Below are positions 53,229 through 61,689 of a stretch of DNA of 64,000 nt, in pieces. This DNA comes from Candidatus Cloacimonadota bacterium. GTDB lineage: Bacteria > Cloacimonadota > Cloacimonadia > Cloacimonadales > Cloacimonadaceae. Below the pieces are notes generated by a model. The model was not told where the DNA came from. It searched no databases and saw nothing but the letters and a program-made list of their open reading frames with translations. Made by a program: the position numbers and the translations under genes. The stretch is taken from NCBI GenBank assembly GCA_029565535.1, contig JAKQNZ010000168.1, forward strand, positions 4,635 through 68,634, written 5' to 3'. How positions within the stretch are numbered: position 1 is the stretch's first letter; every line of letters starts with the position of its first letter.

Positions 53229-54314
53229 ATGAAAAAGCTGATATTCATAGCTCTGACGGCAATTTTCTTGCTTTCAGCATGTGCTACAGCCCGTCAAAAA
53301 CTTAGCCCTCAGGGCAACGTAGATCTCAAGACAGCCAATGTTTATTACCAGCAAAAAAACGTGGAACAAGCGGAAGTATTCTATCAAAAAGTTCTGGACG
53401 ACAATCCAGACCACGCCCTTGCTTTACGCAGAATGGCCGATATCAATCTTTTCAAAGGTGAGCAGTTTTTGGATCGCGCCGTCGAATTCAATCAGAAAGC
53501 CTACCAGTTTTATGGCCGCGCCATAGCCAAAACCGAAAGCTTTGAAAATCTTACCGACGAAGAAAAAATAGACCTGCGCGACATGAAGAAACGCAAGGAA
53601 AGCAGTTGGATTCGTATCTACAACGCCGCTGAGAAAGAATTGACCAATGGCAATACCAAATCCGCCATGGATATATTTGAGCTTGCCCAAAAGCTGGAGC
53701 CAGGTCGCCCTGAACCAATGATTCAACTTAAAAACATCTATCTTAAAGAGCTGAAAGACGACGCCAAAGCTGAGCAAATTCTGCTGGCCCTGCTGAACAA
53801 GGAACCAGATAAACTGGCTTATCTGCAAGAGCTTGGCGCTTTTTATTACAATAAAGAAAACTACACCGAAGCCGTAAAATTCTATGAAAAGGTTCGAGTT
53901 CAAACCCCTGTGGACATCGACAATCTGATGAATATCTCGGCTTGCTACTATGAACTGAAAAACTATCCCAAAGCCATGGAAGCTACTCAGGCAGCGTTGC
54001 AGTTAGAACCCAATAAAGCCGATCTAATTGCAAACGCCCAATCCATTGCGATCAAAATGGACGATAAAGAAGCTTCCGTGCGCTACCTGAAAATGCTGCT
54101 GGAGATTGAGGAAAATGAAGAAGACTTCACTCTCATTTGCAATACGCTTTTGGAACTGAAAAGGTACGACGAATTGATCCAGTATGGAGAAAAATGGTAT
54201 AATTGGGACAGAGCCAACAAATTTGCCGTGGAGTATGTGATCTACGGTGCACAGATGACTCAGAACAAATCCCTGGAAGCTAAATATCAGGCGATTAAAA
54301 AAGCCATGCCCTGA
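53229..54314 (+). CDS. TPR-repeat lipoprotein
   Basis: 'MKKLIFIALTAIFLLSACATA' (lipobox), TPR-like repeats and an AGGAG RBS. Confidence 0.7.
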   Translation: MKKLIFIALTAIFLLSACATARQKLSPQGNVDLKTANVYYQQKNVEQAEVFYQKVLDDNPDHALALRRMADINLFKGEQFLDRAVEFNQKAYQFYGRAIAKTESFENLTDEEKIDLRDMKKRKESSWIRIYNAAEKELTNGNTKSAMDIFELAQKLEPGRPEPMIQLKNIYLKELKDDAKAEQILLALLNKEPDKLAYLQELGAFYYNKENYTEAVKFYEKVRVQTPVDIDNLMNISACYYELKNYPKAMEATQAALQLEPNKADLIANAQSIAIKMDDKEASVRYLKMLLEIEENEEDFTLICNTLLELKRYDELIQYGEKWYNWDRANKFAVEYVIYGAQMTQNKSLEAKYQAIKKAMP

Positions 54315-54341
54315 TATACCATATCTGAAGATTTAGACCGG

Positions 54342-54422
54342 ACGAAATGATCTGACCGGCCCAAGCTGAACTCGTTTTTTTAAAACCGAGCAGCATTAGC
54401 CCCCAGATCATTTCGTTTTTTT
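54342..54422 (+). terminator. Candidate compound terminator / long stem-loop
   Basis: The 13-bp stem 'ACGAAATGATCTG ... CAGATCATTTCGT' encloses a 49-nt loop and is followed by T7. Confidence 0.4.
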
Positions 54423-54425
54423 AGT

Positions 54426-55331
54426 ATGCAAAAAAATCAACGTAAAGCCTACCTCTTCGCCGGACTCTCGATAATAGCCTGGTCGAGCATCAGCACGGCC
54501 TTCAAGCTCAGCTTGCAGGGACTTACTCCGCTTGGCTTGCTCTTGGTTTCATCCTTTACAGCCTCGCTATTTTTAGGTTTGAGCGGGCTGTTATCCCAGG
54601 CAGGATTGCTAAAGAACCCAGGAAAGGACCTTTTGGCTTCTCTGCTGCCAGCTTTACTGAATCCCTTCATCTATTACCTGATACTCTTTGAAGCCTATTC
54701 GCGATTGCGAGCGCAGGAAGCGCAGGCCTTGAACTATACTTGGGCAATCGTGCTGGCAATGTTTAGCATCTGGCTTTTGCACGAACGATTTAGAGTTATC
54801 GACCTCGTCTCGCTGCTGATAAGCTTCCTGGGTGTATGGTTGATATCGTCTAAAGGCGCTTTTGCCTCAGTGCGTTTCGATGATCCCTGGGGTTCCTTTC
54901 TGGCGGTTTTCACTTCTCTAATCTGGGCTGGATATTGGATACTGAACCTGAAAGACAAGCGGAACGCTCAAACCAAGCTGTTTTACAATTTCTTCCTGGG
55001 CTTTCTGTTTATCCTGATTTTTACACTGCTGAGCAAAGCTAGGCTGGTGGGCAATTCCAGGTATTTAACCCAAGGCTTGCTGGCAGGAATCTACGTAGGA
55101 GTGTTTGAAATGGGACTTACTTTCCTTCTGTGGTTCAAAGCTCTGGAATACACCAGGAGCACAGCGGCAGTTTCCAACCTGATCTTCCTTACCCCTTTCA
55201 TTTCGCTGCTCTTCATCCGCCTGATTTTATCAGAAAGCATCCATCCTGCCACCTTTGCCGGCTTGGTGCTTATTGTAATCAGCAATCTGGCTCAAAAAGG
55301 GATTGGCAGAAAACTACAGCGGAATGCTTAA
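54426..55331 (+). CDS. EamA/DMT-family transporter
   Basis: 10-TM pattern with two EamA-like halves. The 3' end overlaps the convergent dinB by 18 nt. Confidence 0.75.
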   Translation: MQKNQRKAYLFAGLSIIAWSSISTAFKLSLQGLTPLGLLLVSSFTASLFLGLSGLLSQAGLLKNPGKDLLASLLPALLNPFIYYLILFEAYSRLRAQEAQALNYTWAIVLAMFSIWLLHERFRVIDLVSLLISFLGVWLISSKGAFASVRFDDPWGSFLAVFTSLIWAGYWILNLKDKRNAQTKLFYNFFLGFLFILIFTLLSKARLVGNSRYLTQGLLAGIYVGVFEMGLTFLLWFKALEYTRSTAAVSNLIFLTPFISLLFIRLILSESIHPATFAGLVLIVISNLAQKGIGRKLQRNA

Positions 55332-56375
55332 CTGCTCGCAGTTATCCTGATTGTCCAATTTGCCCACTCCCAATCCCAGAAGCCTTACCTTGCGGGTGCT
55401 CTGCCAGTTTGCCACAAGTAGCTGTTCTCCATATTTATACAGCACAGCCGGATCATTACAGGAACCCCGCATGGCACAGCTGCGGGTGATGTATTCGAAA
55501 TTGTCGTACTTCAGCTTCAAGACAATATTCTGACCGCTGATACCCTTGGTCGCCATTCTTGATGCCAATCTTTCCGAAAGCTTGCGCAAAACAGCAAACA
55601 GCTCATTCATATCGTCTGTATCGGTGTCGAAGGTCGTTTCGCAGCTAATGGACTTTGGCTCAAATTCGGTGATCACTTCCCGGGTATCAATTCCGCGCAC
55701 CACATTATAATAGAACAGCCCTGCCTTGCCAAAAACCCGCAGCATATCTTTCAATTCCCAGCGGTAAAGGTCTTCCCCATTCTTTATACCCAGCTTTTGC
55801 ATGCGAGCGGCAGTGACCTTGCCAATTCCGTGAAATTTGCCGATTGGCAGAGCGAAAAGTATCTCCTGGGCGTTTTCGGGGGTGATAATTGTAAGGCCGT
55901 CAGGCTTATTTAAATCGCTGCCAATTTTGGCAAGAAACTTATTGTACGACACTCCCGCTGAGCAGGTTAACTGCGTCGTTTTCATTATCTCGGTTTTAAT
56001 CGCCTTGGCTATCTCCACAGCCGAGGTTTCGGAATGCTTGTTCTGGCTTACATCCAGATAGGCTTCATCCATGGACATTGGCTCCACAAGGTCAGTCCAG
56101 CTATAGAATATCTCCCTTATCTGATTTGATACTTCCTTGTAAAGCCGGAAATGTGAGTGCACGAAAACCGCCTGGGGACAAAGGTTCCAGGCCTGATAGC
56201 TGCTCATTCCGCTGTGAACGCCAAATTTGCGCGCTTCATAACTACAGGTGGAAACCACACCGCGACTATTGGGGGGGCCGCCTACGATTACGCATTTGCC
56301 CTTTAGAGACGGGTCTTCCCTTATCTCGATTGCAGCGAAATACATGTCCATGTCTATATGGATTATCTTTTTCAT
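55314..56375 (-). CDS. dinB: DNA polymerase IV (Y-family)
   Basis: 'IIHIDMDMYFAAIE', 'SMDEAYLDV', 'CSAGVSYNKFLAKIGSDLNKPDG'. Confidence 0.9.
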   Translation of the reverse strand: MKKIIHIDMDMYFAAIEIREDPSLKGKCVIVGGPPNSRGVVSTCSYEARKFGVHSGMSSYQAWNLCPQAVFVHSHFRLYKEVSNQIREIFYSWTDLVEPMSMDEAYLDVSQNKHSETSAVEIAKAIKTEIMKTTQLTCSAGVSYNKFLAKIGSDLNKPDGLTIITPENAQEILFALPIGKFHGIGKVTAARMQKLGIKNGEDLYRWELKDMLRVFGKAGLFYYNVVRGIDTREVITEFEPKSISCETTFDTDTDDMNELFAVLRKLSERLASRMATKGISGQNIVLKLKYDNFEYITRSCAMRGSCNDPAVLYKYGEQLLVANWQSTRKVRLLGLGVGKLDNQDNCEQLSIPL

Positions 56376-56752
56376 ACCTGGAATTCCTCTTGTAGCAAAG
56401 CAGTTCTGTCAAGACTTTCCTGTGCTCTTCAGCTAAGTAATAAGTTATGTATGAGTTAACCTGGTAGTTTAGATAAAATATGTCCTTGTTAAATGAATAT
56501 CCTTGACAATTATTTGCCAGCTTTCAGGTTAGCACTAATTAAGATTTAGTTGGAACAAAGCGATCCCAGTATTTATCAAGTGGTTTAACTGATCCAGGCA
56601 ATGACAGCCGAGTTTACTTAAACCAACATGCTCCTTATCATGAGAAGATGTGGATAAGGCTGCATTGGCTTGATGCTCCATTTAATAAACTTAACCTATG
56701 TGTCCTGGGAGCCCGCTCCAACTGAGCGTTTATTACTTAAAGGAGCACAGCC

Positions 56753-58072
56753 ATGCCAATGGTCAATGTTGACCCCACTGTCATCGACAGCTTGCAGAAT
56801 GCTGTCAATTCGCTTTCTCTTCAGATTGCTTCAAAACCGTTGTTTGACACAGGCAACACAGGTTTTATGCTGCTTTGCTGCAGCCTCGTGATGCTGATGA
56901 CCCCTGCCTTAGCCTTCTTTTATGGAGGGCTGGTTGGCAGAAAAAATGTCCTAACTATAATGATGCAAAGCTTTGTTTCGCTTTGCCTGACAACCGTTAT
57001 TTGGTTCACGGTTGGCTATTCACTTTCTTTCAGTGGTAGTTTGGCTTCCGGAACCGATTTCTTTGGCATTGTTGGCAATTTAGACAAAGCTTTTTTACAT
57101 GGAGTTACTCTCACCAGCGCTTTTTCGGGAAACGGAACAATTCCTGAAGTTGTATTTATCGCTTATCAAATGATGTTCGCCATCATTACTCCTGCTCTCA
57201 TTACCGGTGCATTTGCCAATCGCGTTTCCTTCAAAGCCTACCTCATTTTCCTGGTTGTTTGGCTTTTCTTCGTTTATTTCCCCTTCACACACATGGTTTG
57301 GGGCGGTGGTTTAATGGCAGCCTGGGGGGTTCTGGATTTTGCAGGTGGGATAGTAGTGCATGCCACAGCCGGTTTTGCAGCCCTGGCCTCTGTGATCTAT
57401 GTCGGCAAGCGTAAGGTTGTGGATAGCGGAAATCATAACATTCCCTTGGTGGCGATTGGAACCGGCTTGTTGTGGTTTGGCTGGTATGGATTTAATGCAG
57501 GTAGTGAGTTATCTGTTGATCCCTTAACATCCATTGCCTTTCTGAACACGGATATAGCAGCGTCTTTTGCAGGTATTTCATGGTTGGTGGTATCCTGGAT
57601 ATATGAAGGGAAACCAAAGTTTGTGGGTTTAATGACAGGTGCCGTCGCTGGCCTGGCAACCATTACTCCCTGTGCTGGCTTTGTCCCATTGTGGAGTGCA
57701 CCGATAATCGGAATTATCGCCGGATTGGTTTGCTATCTTGCCGTAAATTTCAAGAACAGAATGAAATGGGATGATGCCCTGGACGTTTGGGGGGTGCATG
57801 GAGTTGGAGGTGTATCTGGAACCATTCTCCTGGGCGTATTCGGCTCTGAACTGATCAATCCCATCGACAAAGGTGGAGCGTTGCTGAACGGCAACGTCCG
57901 ATTCTTCCTTACGCAAGTCATAGCCGTCATCGTTGCCTCAGCCTATGCCTACGTGTTCACATATATAATGTTGGTGCTGATTAATAAGATCACCCCCGTA
58001 AAAGTGACCGAATCCGACGAAGTAATGGGACTGGATGAGTCACAACACGGCGAGATTGCTTATATAGATTAG
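56753..58072 (+). CDS. amt: Ammonium transporter (Amt family)
   Basis: 'LAFFYGGLV', 'DFAGGIVVHATAGFAAL', 'GWYGFNAGS', 'DVWGVHGVGG'. AAGGAG RBS present. Confidence 0.95.
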   Translation: MPMVNVDPTVIDSLQNAVNSLSLQIASKPLFDTGNTGFMLLCCSLVMLMTPALAFFYGGLVGRKNVLTIMMQSFVSLCLTTVIWFTVGYSLSFSGSLASGTDFFGIVGNLDKAFLHGVTLTSAFSGNGTIPEVVFIAYQMMFAIITPALITGAFANRVSFKAYLIFLVVWLFFVYFPFTHMVWGGGLMAAWGVLDFAGGIVVHATAGFAALASVIYVGKRKVVDSGNHNIPLVAIGTGLLWFGWYGFNAGSELSVDPLTSIAFLNTDIAASFAGISWLVVSWIYEGKPKFVGLMTGAVAGLATITPCAGFVPLWSAPIIGIIAGLVCYLAVNFKNRMKWDDALDVWGVHGVGGVSGTILLGVFGSELINPIDKGGALLNGNVRFFLTQVIAVIVASAYAYVFTYIMLVLINKITPVKVTESDEVMGLDESQHGEIAYID

Positions 58073-58160
58073 GTTTCTCCCTCTTCACATCCCTCTGCCT
58101 GCAATTTAGCTGTCCATGCGTCTTATGCAGGCAGAGGACATAAACTCAGCAGGAGTAATA

Positions 58161-60041
58161 ATGGAAATGCAGTTTGCCAAAATGCAGATATTGGAAATAG
58201 GTCTGCTGATCCTGGGAGCATATTTGGGCGGACTTGTAGCCCAAAAACTAAAGATTGGAGAGATTGTAGGTCAAATCCTGGGAGGAATGTTCGTAGGTCC
58301 CCATTTTTGGGAATGGGTTCATAACGTTCTGCTAACCAATACCTTCCTGGGATCACATCCCAGCCTTGGTTTCATCAGTAATTTCTATACCCGGGGCGGG
58401 TTTCAAACCTACACCCAGATCTTCGAGAGCTATCATTTCATTACCTTCCTTTTCCTGGGGGTCATTGCGTTTTCTTTGGGCGAGGAACTGCATCACGACC
58501 GTTTGAAACGAGTTGGGGTTAATGCTACATTAATCTGCATTTTTCAGGGCTTGGTAACTTTCGCTTTCATTTCTATCGGGATAAAACTGTTTTTCTGGCA
58601 CAAGTTTGGCTGGTTGGATGCTTTCCTGATTGGGTCAATCGGGATTGCCACAGCTCCGGCGATTACTTTTATCGTGATGAACAAATTCAAGATAGAGGGA
58701 AATCTGAAGAACATCCTTGCCAATATAGTGGTGCTGGATGACATCATGGAAGTTATCATCTTCAGTGTGTTTCTGGCAGTTGCCCAATCCAAACTGGGAG
58801 GTACCCATGATCTGTCTGCATCGGGTCTGCTATACAAAATCGCTAAGGAACTTGGATTGTCGGTTCTGGTAGCGATCGGCATCTTCCTAGCCCTCAAGTT
58901 CGCTTTTCGAAGACGGGAAGCAGTGGATGAAAACCTCCACGAAACCGCTAATCCGGAAGACAGAACCTTCCTTTCCACTGTCTTATTCAATACTCCCACA
59001 CCTTCGGTAGAAATCCTTCTTACAATTATCGGAGTAGTCGCAATTGGTATTGCTTGGGCAATCCATATCGAGGCGCCTTTCCTGATTTCAGCAGTTATCG
59101 CTGGTTATCTGATAGCCAATTATCATCACAGCTCTTTCTTCGACAGCCTGAAGCTGGACAACGTAATGACCATCTTCAATCTGCTCTTTTTCGGCATGAT
59201 CGGAGTAAGCATAAACATAAACAGCTTCAACAGGGAATCTCTGCTTTATACCGCAGCATATTTCGCTCTGAGAACAACTGGGAAACTCATCGGCAATTGG
59301 ACGGGAGCAAAATTAACCCGCCAGGATCCAAAGATAGTGGCTACCTTGCCAAAACTGATGTTGCCACAGGCTGGGATGGCCGCTGTAGAGATCGTACTCG
59401 TAGCTTCTGTGCTGAGGCAAGGCAATGGTGCATTGATCTTCAATACCATTTTACCTGCTTTGGTAGCTTTTGAGCTTGGCGGAGCCTACATCACCGAAAA
59501 AACCTTGGAGAAATGGAAAAACTACTCAGTTGGCGAAAAAGAAGCCTTTGAAAAAGCAGCAGAAAAACCAGAAAACGCTTTAAACATACAGGATCTGCTG
59601 GAGAATAGAATCTACAAATTCAATCTCAAAAGCAAGGAAGATATTCTGCATCGCCTTACAGAATATGCCGCAGTGCAAAACATCATCACCGACGTTCATG
59701 ATGTATATCGCCAAATTCTGGAGCGTGAAGAACTGGGGCATGTATCAAATTCCAGTGGGATTGCCCTGCCTCATATCCGCTTACCATATCTGGACAGAGT
59801 ATTCGTTTTGTGCGGAGTGCTAAAAAACCCCATCACCTGGAATCCCGAAGACGAGTATCAAGTTGATACGATATTCCTGATCCTAACTCCCAAACATCTG
59901 CCAAACCTGCATATCAAAGCTCTGCAAACCATCGGCTTTTTCTGTAGAAGCTCAAACTGCCGAAACACCTTACGAACTCTCCTGGATGACAAGCACAATG
60001 CTTTGAATCCGGCAATACCGTTACCTGTATCTACAAACTGA
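58161..60041 (+). CDS. Cation:proton antiporter (CPA family) fused to a C-terminal PTS EIIA(Ntr/Fru)-type domain
   Basis: About 12 TM helices in the N-terminal ~430 aa ('GEIVGQILGGMFVGP'). The C-terminal ~140 aa carry 'SGIALPHIRL' (phosphorylatable-His context of EIIA-2) and 'VDTIFLILTP'. AGGAG RBS lies before ATG 58161. Confidence 0.75.
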   Translation: MEMQFAKMQILEIGLLILGAYLGGLVAQKLKIGEIVGQILGGMFVGPHFWEWVHNVLLTNTFLGSHPSLGFISNFYTRGGFQTYTQIFESYHFITFLFLGVIAFSLGEELHHDRLKRVGVNATLICIFQGLVTFAFISIGIKLFFWHKFGWLDAFLIGSIGIATAPAITFIVMNKFKIEGNLKNILANIVVLDDIMEVIIFSVFLAVAQSKLGGTHDLSASGLLYKIAKELGLSVLVAIGIFLALKFAFRRREAVDENLHETANPEDRTFLSTVLFNTPTPSVEILLTIIGVVAIGIAWAIHIEAPFLISAVIAGYLIANYHHSSFFDSLKLDNVMTIFNLLFFGMIGVSININSFNRESLLYTAAYFALRTTGKLIGNWTGAKLTRQDPKIVATLPKLMLPQAGMAAVEIVLVASVLRQGNGALIFNTILPALVAFELGGAYITEKTLEKWKNYSVGEKEAFEKAAEKPENALNIQDLLENRIYKFNLKSKEDILHRLTEYAAVQNIITDVHDVYRQILEREELGHVSNSSGIALPHIRLPYLDRVFVLCGVLKNPITWNPEDEYQVDTIFLILTPKHLPNLHIKALQTIGFFCRSSNCRNTLRTLLDDKHNALNPAIPLPVSTN

Positions 60042-60061
60042 TTAACACAATCAAATAAAGG

Positions 60062-60097
60062 CCGTGATCCGTTTTCTGCTTCACGGTCTTTTGTTTT
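60062..60097 (+). terminator. Candidate Rho-independent terminator
   Basis: 'CCGTGA-N13-TCACGG' followed by 'TCTTTTGTTTT'. Confidence 0.5.
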
Positions 60098-60114
60098 CGA
60101 GATAAACTTGTAGG

Positions 60115-60687
60115 CTAATATCGGAATTTCGGCTCCCAATCGGGATTCTGGATCGCCAGCAGATCGAAAAGATACCAAAGACTGCAGAAGTCATCCCCAG
60201 GGCCAAAGTATGCTTTGGCTACATGAAAGATTTTACCAGTTTCGTCTTTGATAAAGGTGGAAACCCCGGGGTAATAGGAACCGTCCTTCAGCTGAAAACC
60301 CAAGTCCTTTTTCAAGCTGCTTCCTTCGGTGCTGACTATCCTGAACTTCCAATTGCGGCTTCTGGCAAAATCGGCCATTACCTCGGGACTGTCTGGACTG
60401 CTGATAGCAAAAGCGGCACGGTTTTCCAGATGAAAATACAAGCCATTGAGTCCATCTGCCCAAAGAGTGCAATAGGGACAGCTTTTTCCCATGTTGTGCA
60501 CCAGGATAAGTTCCTGCTTATCGCCGAAAATTTCGGAGAGCTTGATTTCTTTGCCCTCGCCGGTTTTTAGAGCATAGTCCGGCACCTCGAAACGCGGCAT
60601 CTGGCGCTTAAGTTCATATAGTTCCTGCTTTTTGGCGATGATCTCCTGCTCCAAGGCAGAGATCCTGGTTTCCAGTTCGGTAGGCAT
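60115..60687 (-). CDS. DUF899-like thioredoxin-fold protein
   Basis: 'CPYCTLWADGLNG' CxxC context and N-terminal coiled coil as I recall for DUF899. Not verified by search. Confidence 0.6.
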   Translation of the reverse strand: MPTELETRISALEQEIIAKKQELYELKRQMPRFEVPDYALKTGEGKEIKLSEIFGDKQELILVHNMGKSCPYCTLWADGLNGLYFHLENRAAFAISSPDSPEVMADFARSRNWKFRIVSTEGSSLKKDLGFQLKDGSYYPGVSTFIKDETGKIFHVAKAYFGPGDDFCSLWYLFDLLAIQNPDWEPKFRY

Positions 60688-60831
60688 AGCAACCTCTTAT
60701 TTTGCTAGATTCAAACTGAGCCATGCTTTTAGCCTGCTGACTTTATGTCAAACGCTTTATTGTGATATTACTACAAAACAGAGAGTGAAGTTCTTCCTAG
60801 AATCATTGAGAATAGGTTTCTGCTAGTTTTT

Positions 60832-60993
60832 AAACCACAGAGAAAAGCAGAGAATTTTAAAAAAATTATAAGCAATTCTTGAGTGGTTTCACAGCATAAG
60901 TTTAGCAGAATTTTATATATGAGCTCTATTTCATTTTGCAACAATTAATTATCCCATTTCTCCTCTGCTTTTCTCTGCTTTTCTCTGTGGTTT
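60832..60993. repeat. 21-bp perfect inverted repeat pair flanking 120 bp of AT-rich DNA
   Basis: Left arm 'AAACCACAGAGAAAAGCAGAG' at 60832-60852. Its reverse complement 'CTCTGCTTTTCTCTGTGGTTT' at 60973-60993. The right arm is preceded by a partial tandem copy, 'CTCTGCTTTT'. Confidence 0.75.
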
Positions 60994-61141
60994 TTTAAAA
61001 TAAATCAGCTTGGTGTTATCACCATATTTTATAGTAGAATAAGACGATATAGCCAGGCTCGGCATTTTATCCTGCAATCATCACTGCTTTCCTCTTGTTG
61101 AATATGAATCTCTGCTATTTCACAGTGTTTGCTGCAAAACC

Positions 61142-61256
61142 CATCCTTGCTTCCTACCCGAATCACACTCAGTATCCACCCGAATGCCTCCCTAACCGCA
61201 TCCGGGTGGCATTCGGGAGGCACTCGGGTGGCAGGGGGGTGGGCAGGAAGCAAGGC
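61142..61256. repeat. Dispersed repeat family, copy C (~115 bp)
   Basis: Same block order as copy B. Internal 10-bp hairpin 'CCCGAATGCC...GGCATTCGGG'. Ends 'CATCCTTGCT' / 'AGCAAGG'. Confidence 0.55.
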
Positions 61257-61267
61257 AAAAGTTTTTC

Positions 61268-61320
61268 TTGCCAAAAAGCCCGGCCTCGCTTAGTATGGAT
61301 ATATGAACATGCATTCATAT
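61268..61320 (+). promoter_or_regulatory. Candidate promoter (TTGCCA-N17-TAGTAT) with a downstream 7-6-7 inverted repeat, a likely ArsR/SmtB operator
   Basis: -35 at 61268-61273 and -10 at 61291-61296. Operator 'ATATGAA-CATGCA-TTCATAT' at 61301-61320. Confidence 0.45.
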
Positions 61321-61332
61321 AAGGAAGTTTTA

Positions 61333-61689
61333 ATGGATACAGCTACTTGTCTCTGTAAAAGCATCTCGCCGGAAGAGATGGAAATGATAACACTGCACGC
61401 GCCCAACGAGGAAACCAGCCTCCATTTGGCTGAGTTCTTCAAAGTTTTTGGTGATGCCACGCGCCTGAGGATAATCTACTTCCTCTCACGGCACGAACTC
61501 TGTGTGGCCGACCTCTCTTCTCTGGTTCAGATGCAGCAATCGGCTGTCTCGCATCAGCTTAAGTTGCTAAGGCTACACCGCCTGGTTAAAACCCGCAAGG
61601 AAGGCAAAATAGTGTATTACAGTTTGGACGACAAGCACATAAACAGCATATTCAGCATCGCCGTGGAACATCTGGGAGAAAATGAATGA
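61333..61689 (+). CDS. ArsR/SmtB-family metal-sensing repressor (CadC-like)
   Basis: 'ELCVADLSSLVQMQQSAVSHQLKLLR' wHTH, and N-terminal Cys pair 'TCLCKS'. Start 61333 is preferred over 61303, which lies inside the operator. Confidence 0.85.
   Translation: MDTATCLCKSISPEEMEMITLHAPNEETSLHLAEFFKVFGDATRLRIIYFLSRHELCVADLSSLVQMQQSAVSHQLKLLRLHRLVKTRKEGKIVYYSLDDKHINSIFSIAVEHLGENE

Noticed and set aside
56400-56752. A sigma-54 promoter upstream of amt.
   Set aside because: The candidate 'TGGCTTGATGCTCC' does not place GC 12 nt downstream of GG, and no other TGGCAC-N5-TTGC match occurs in the region.
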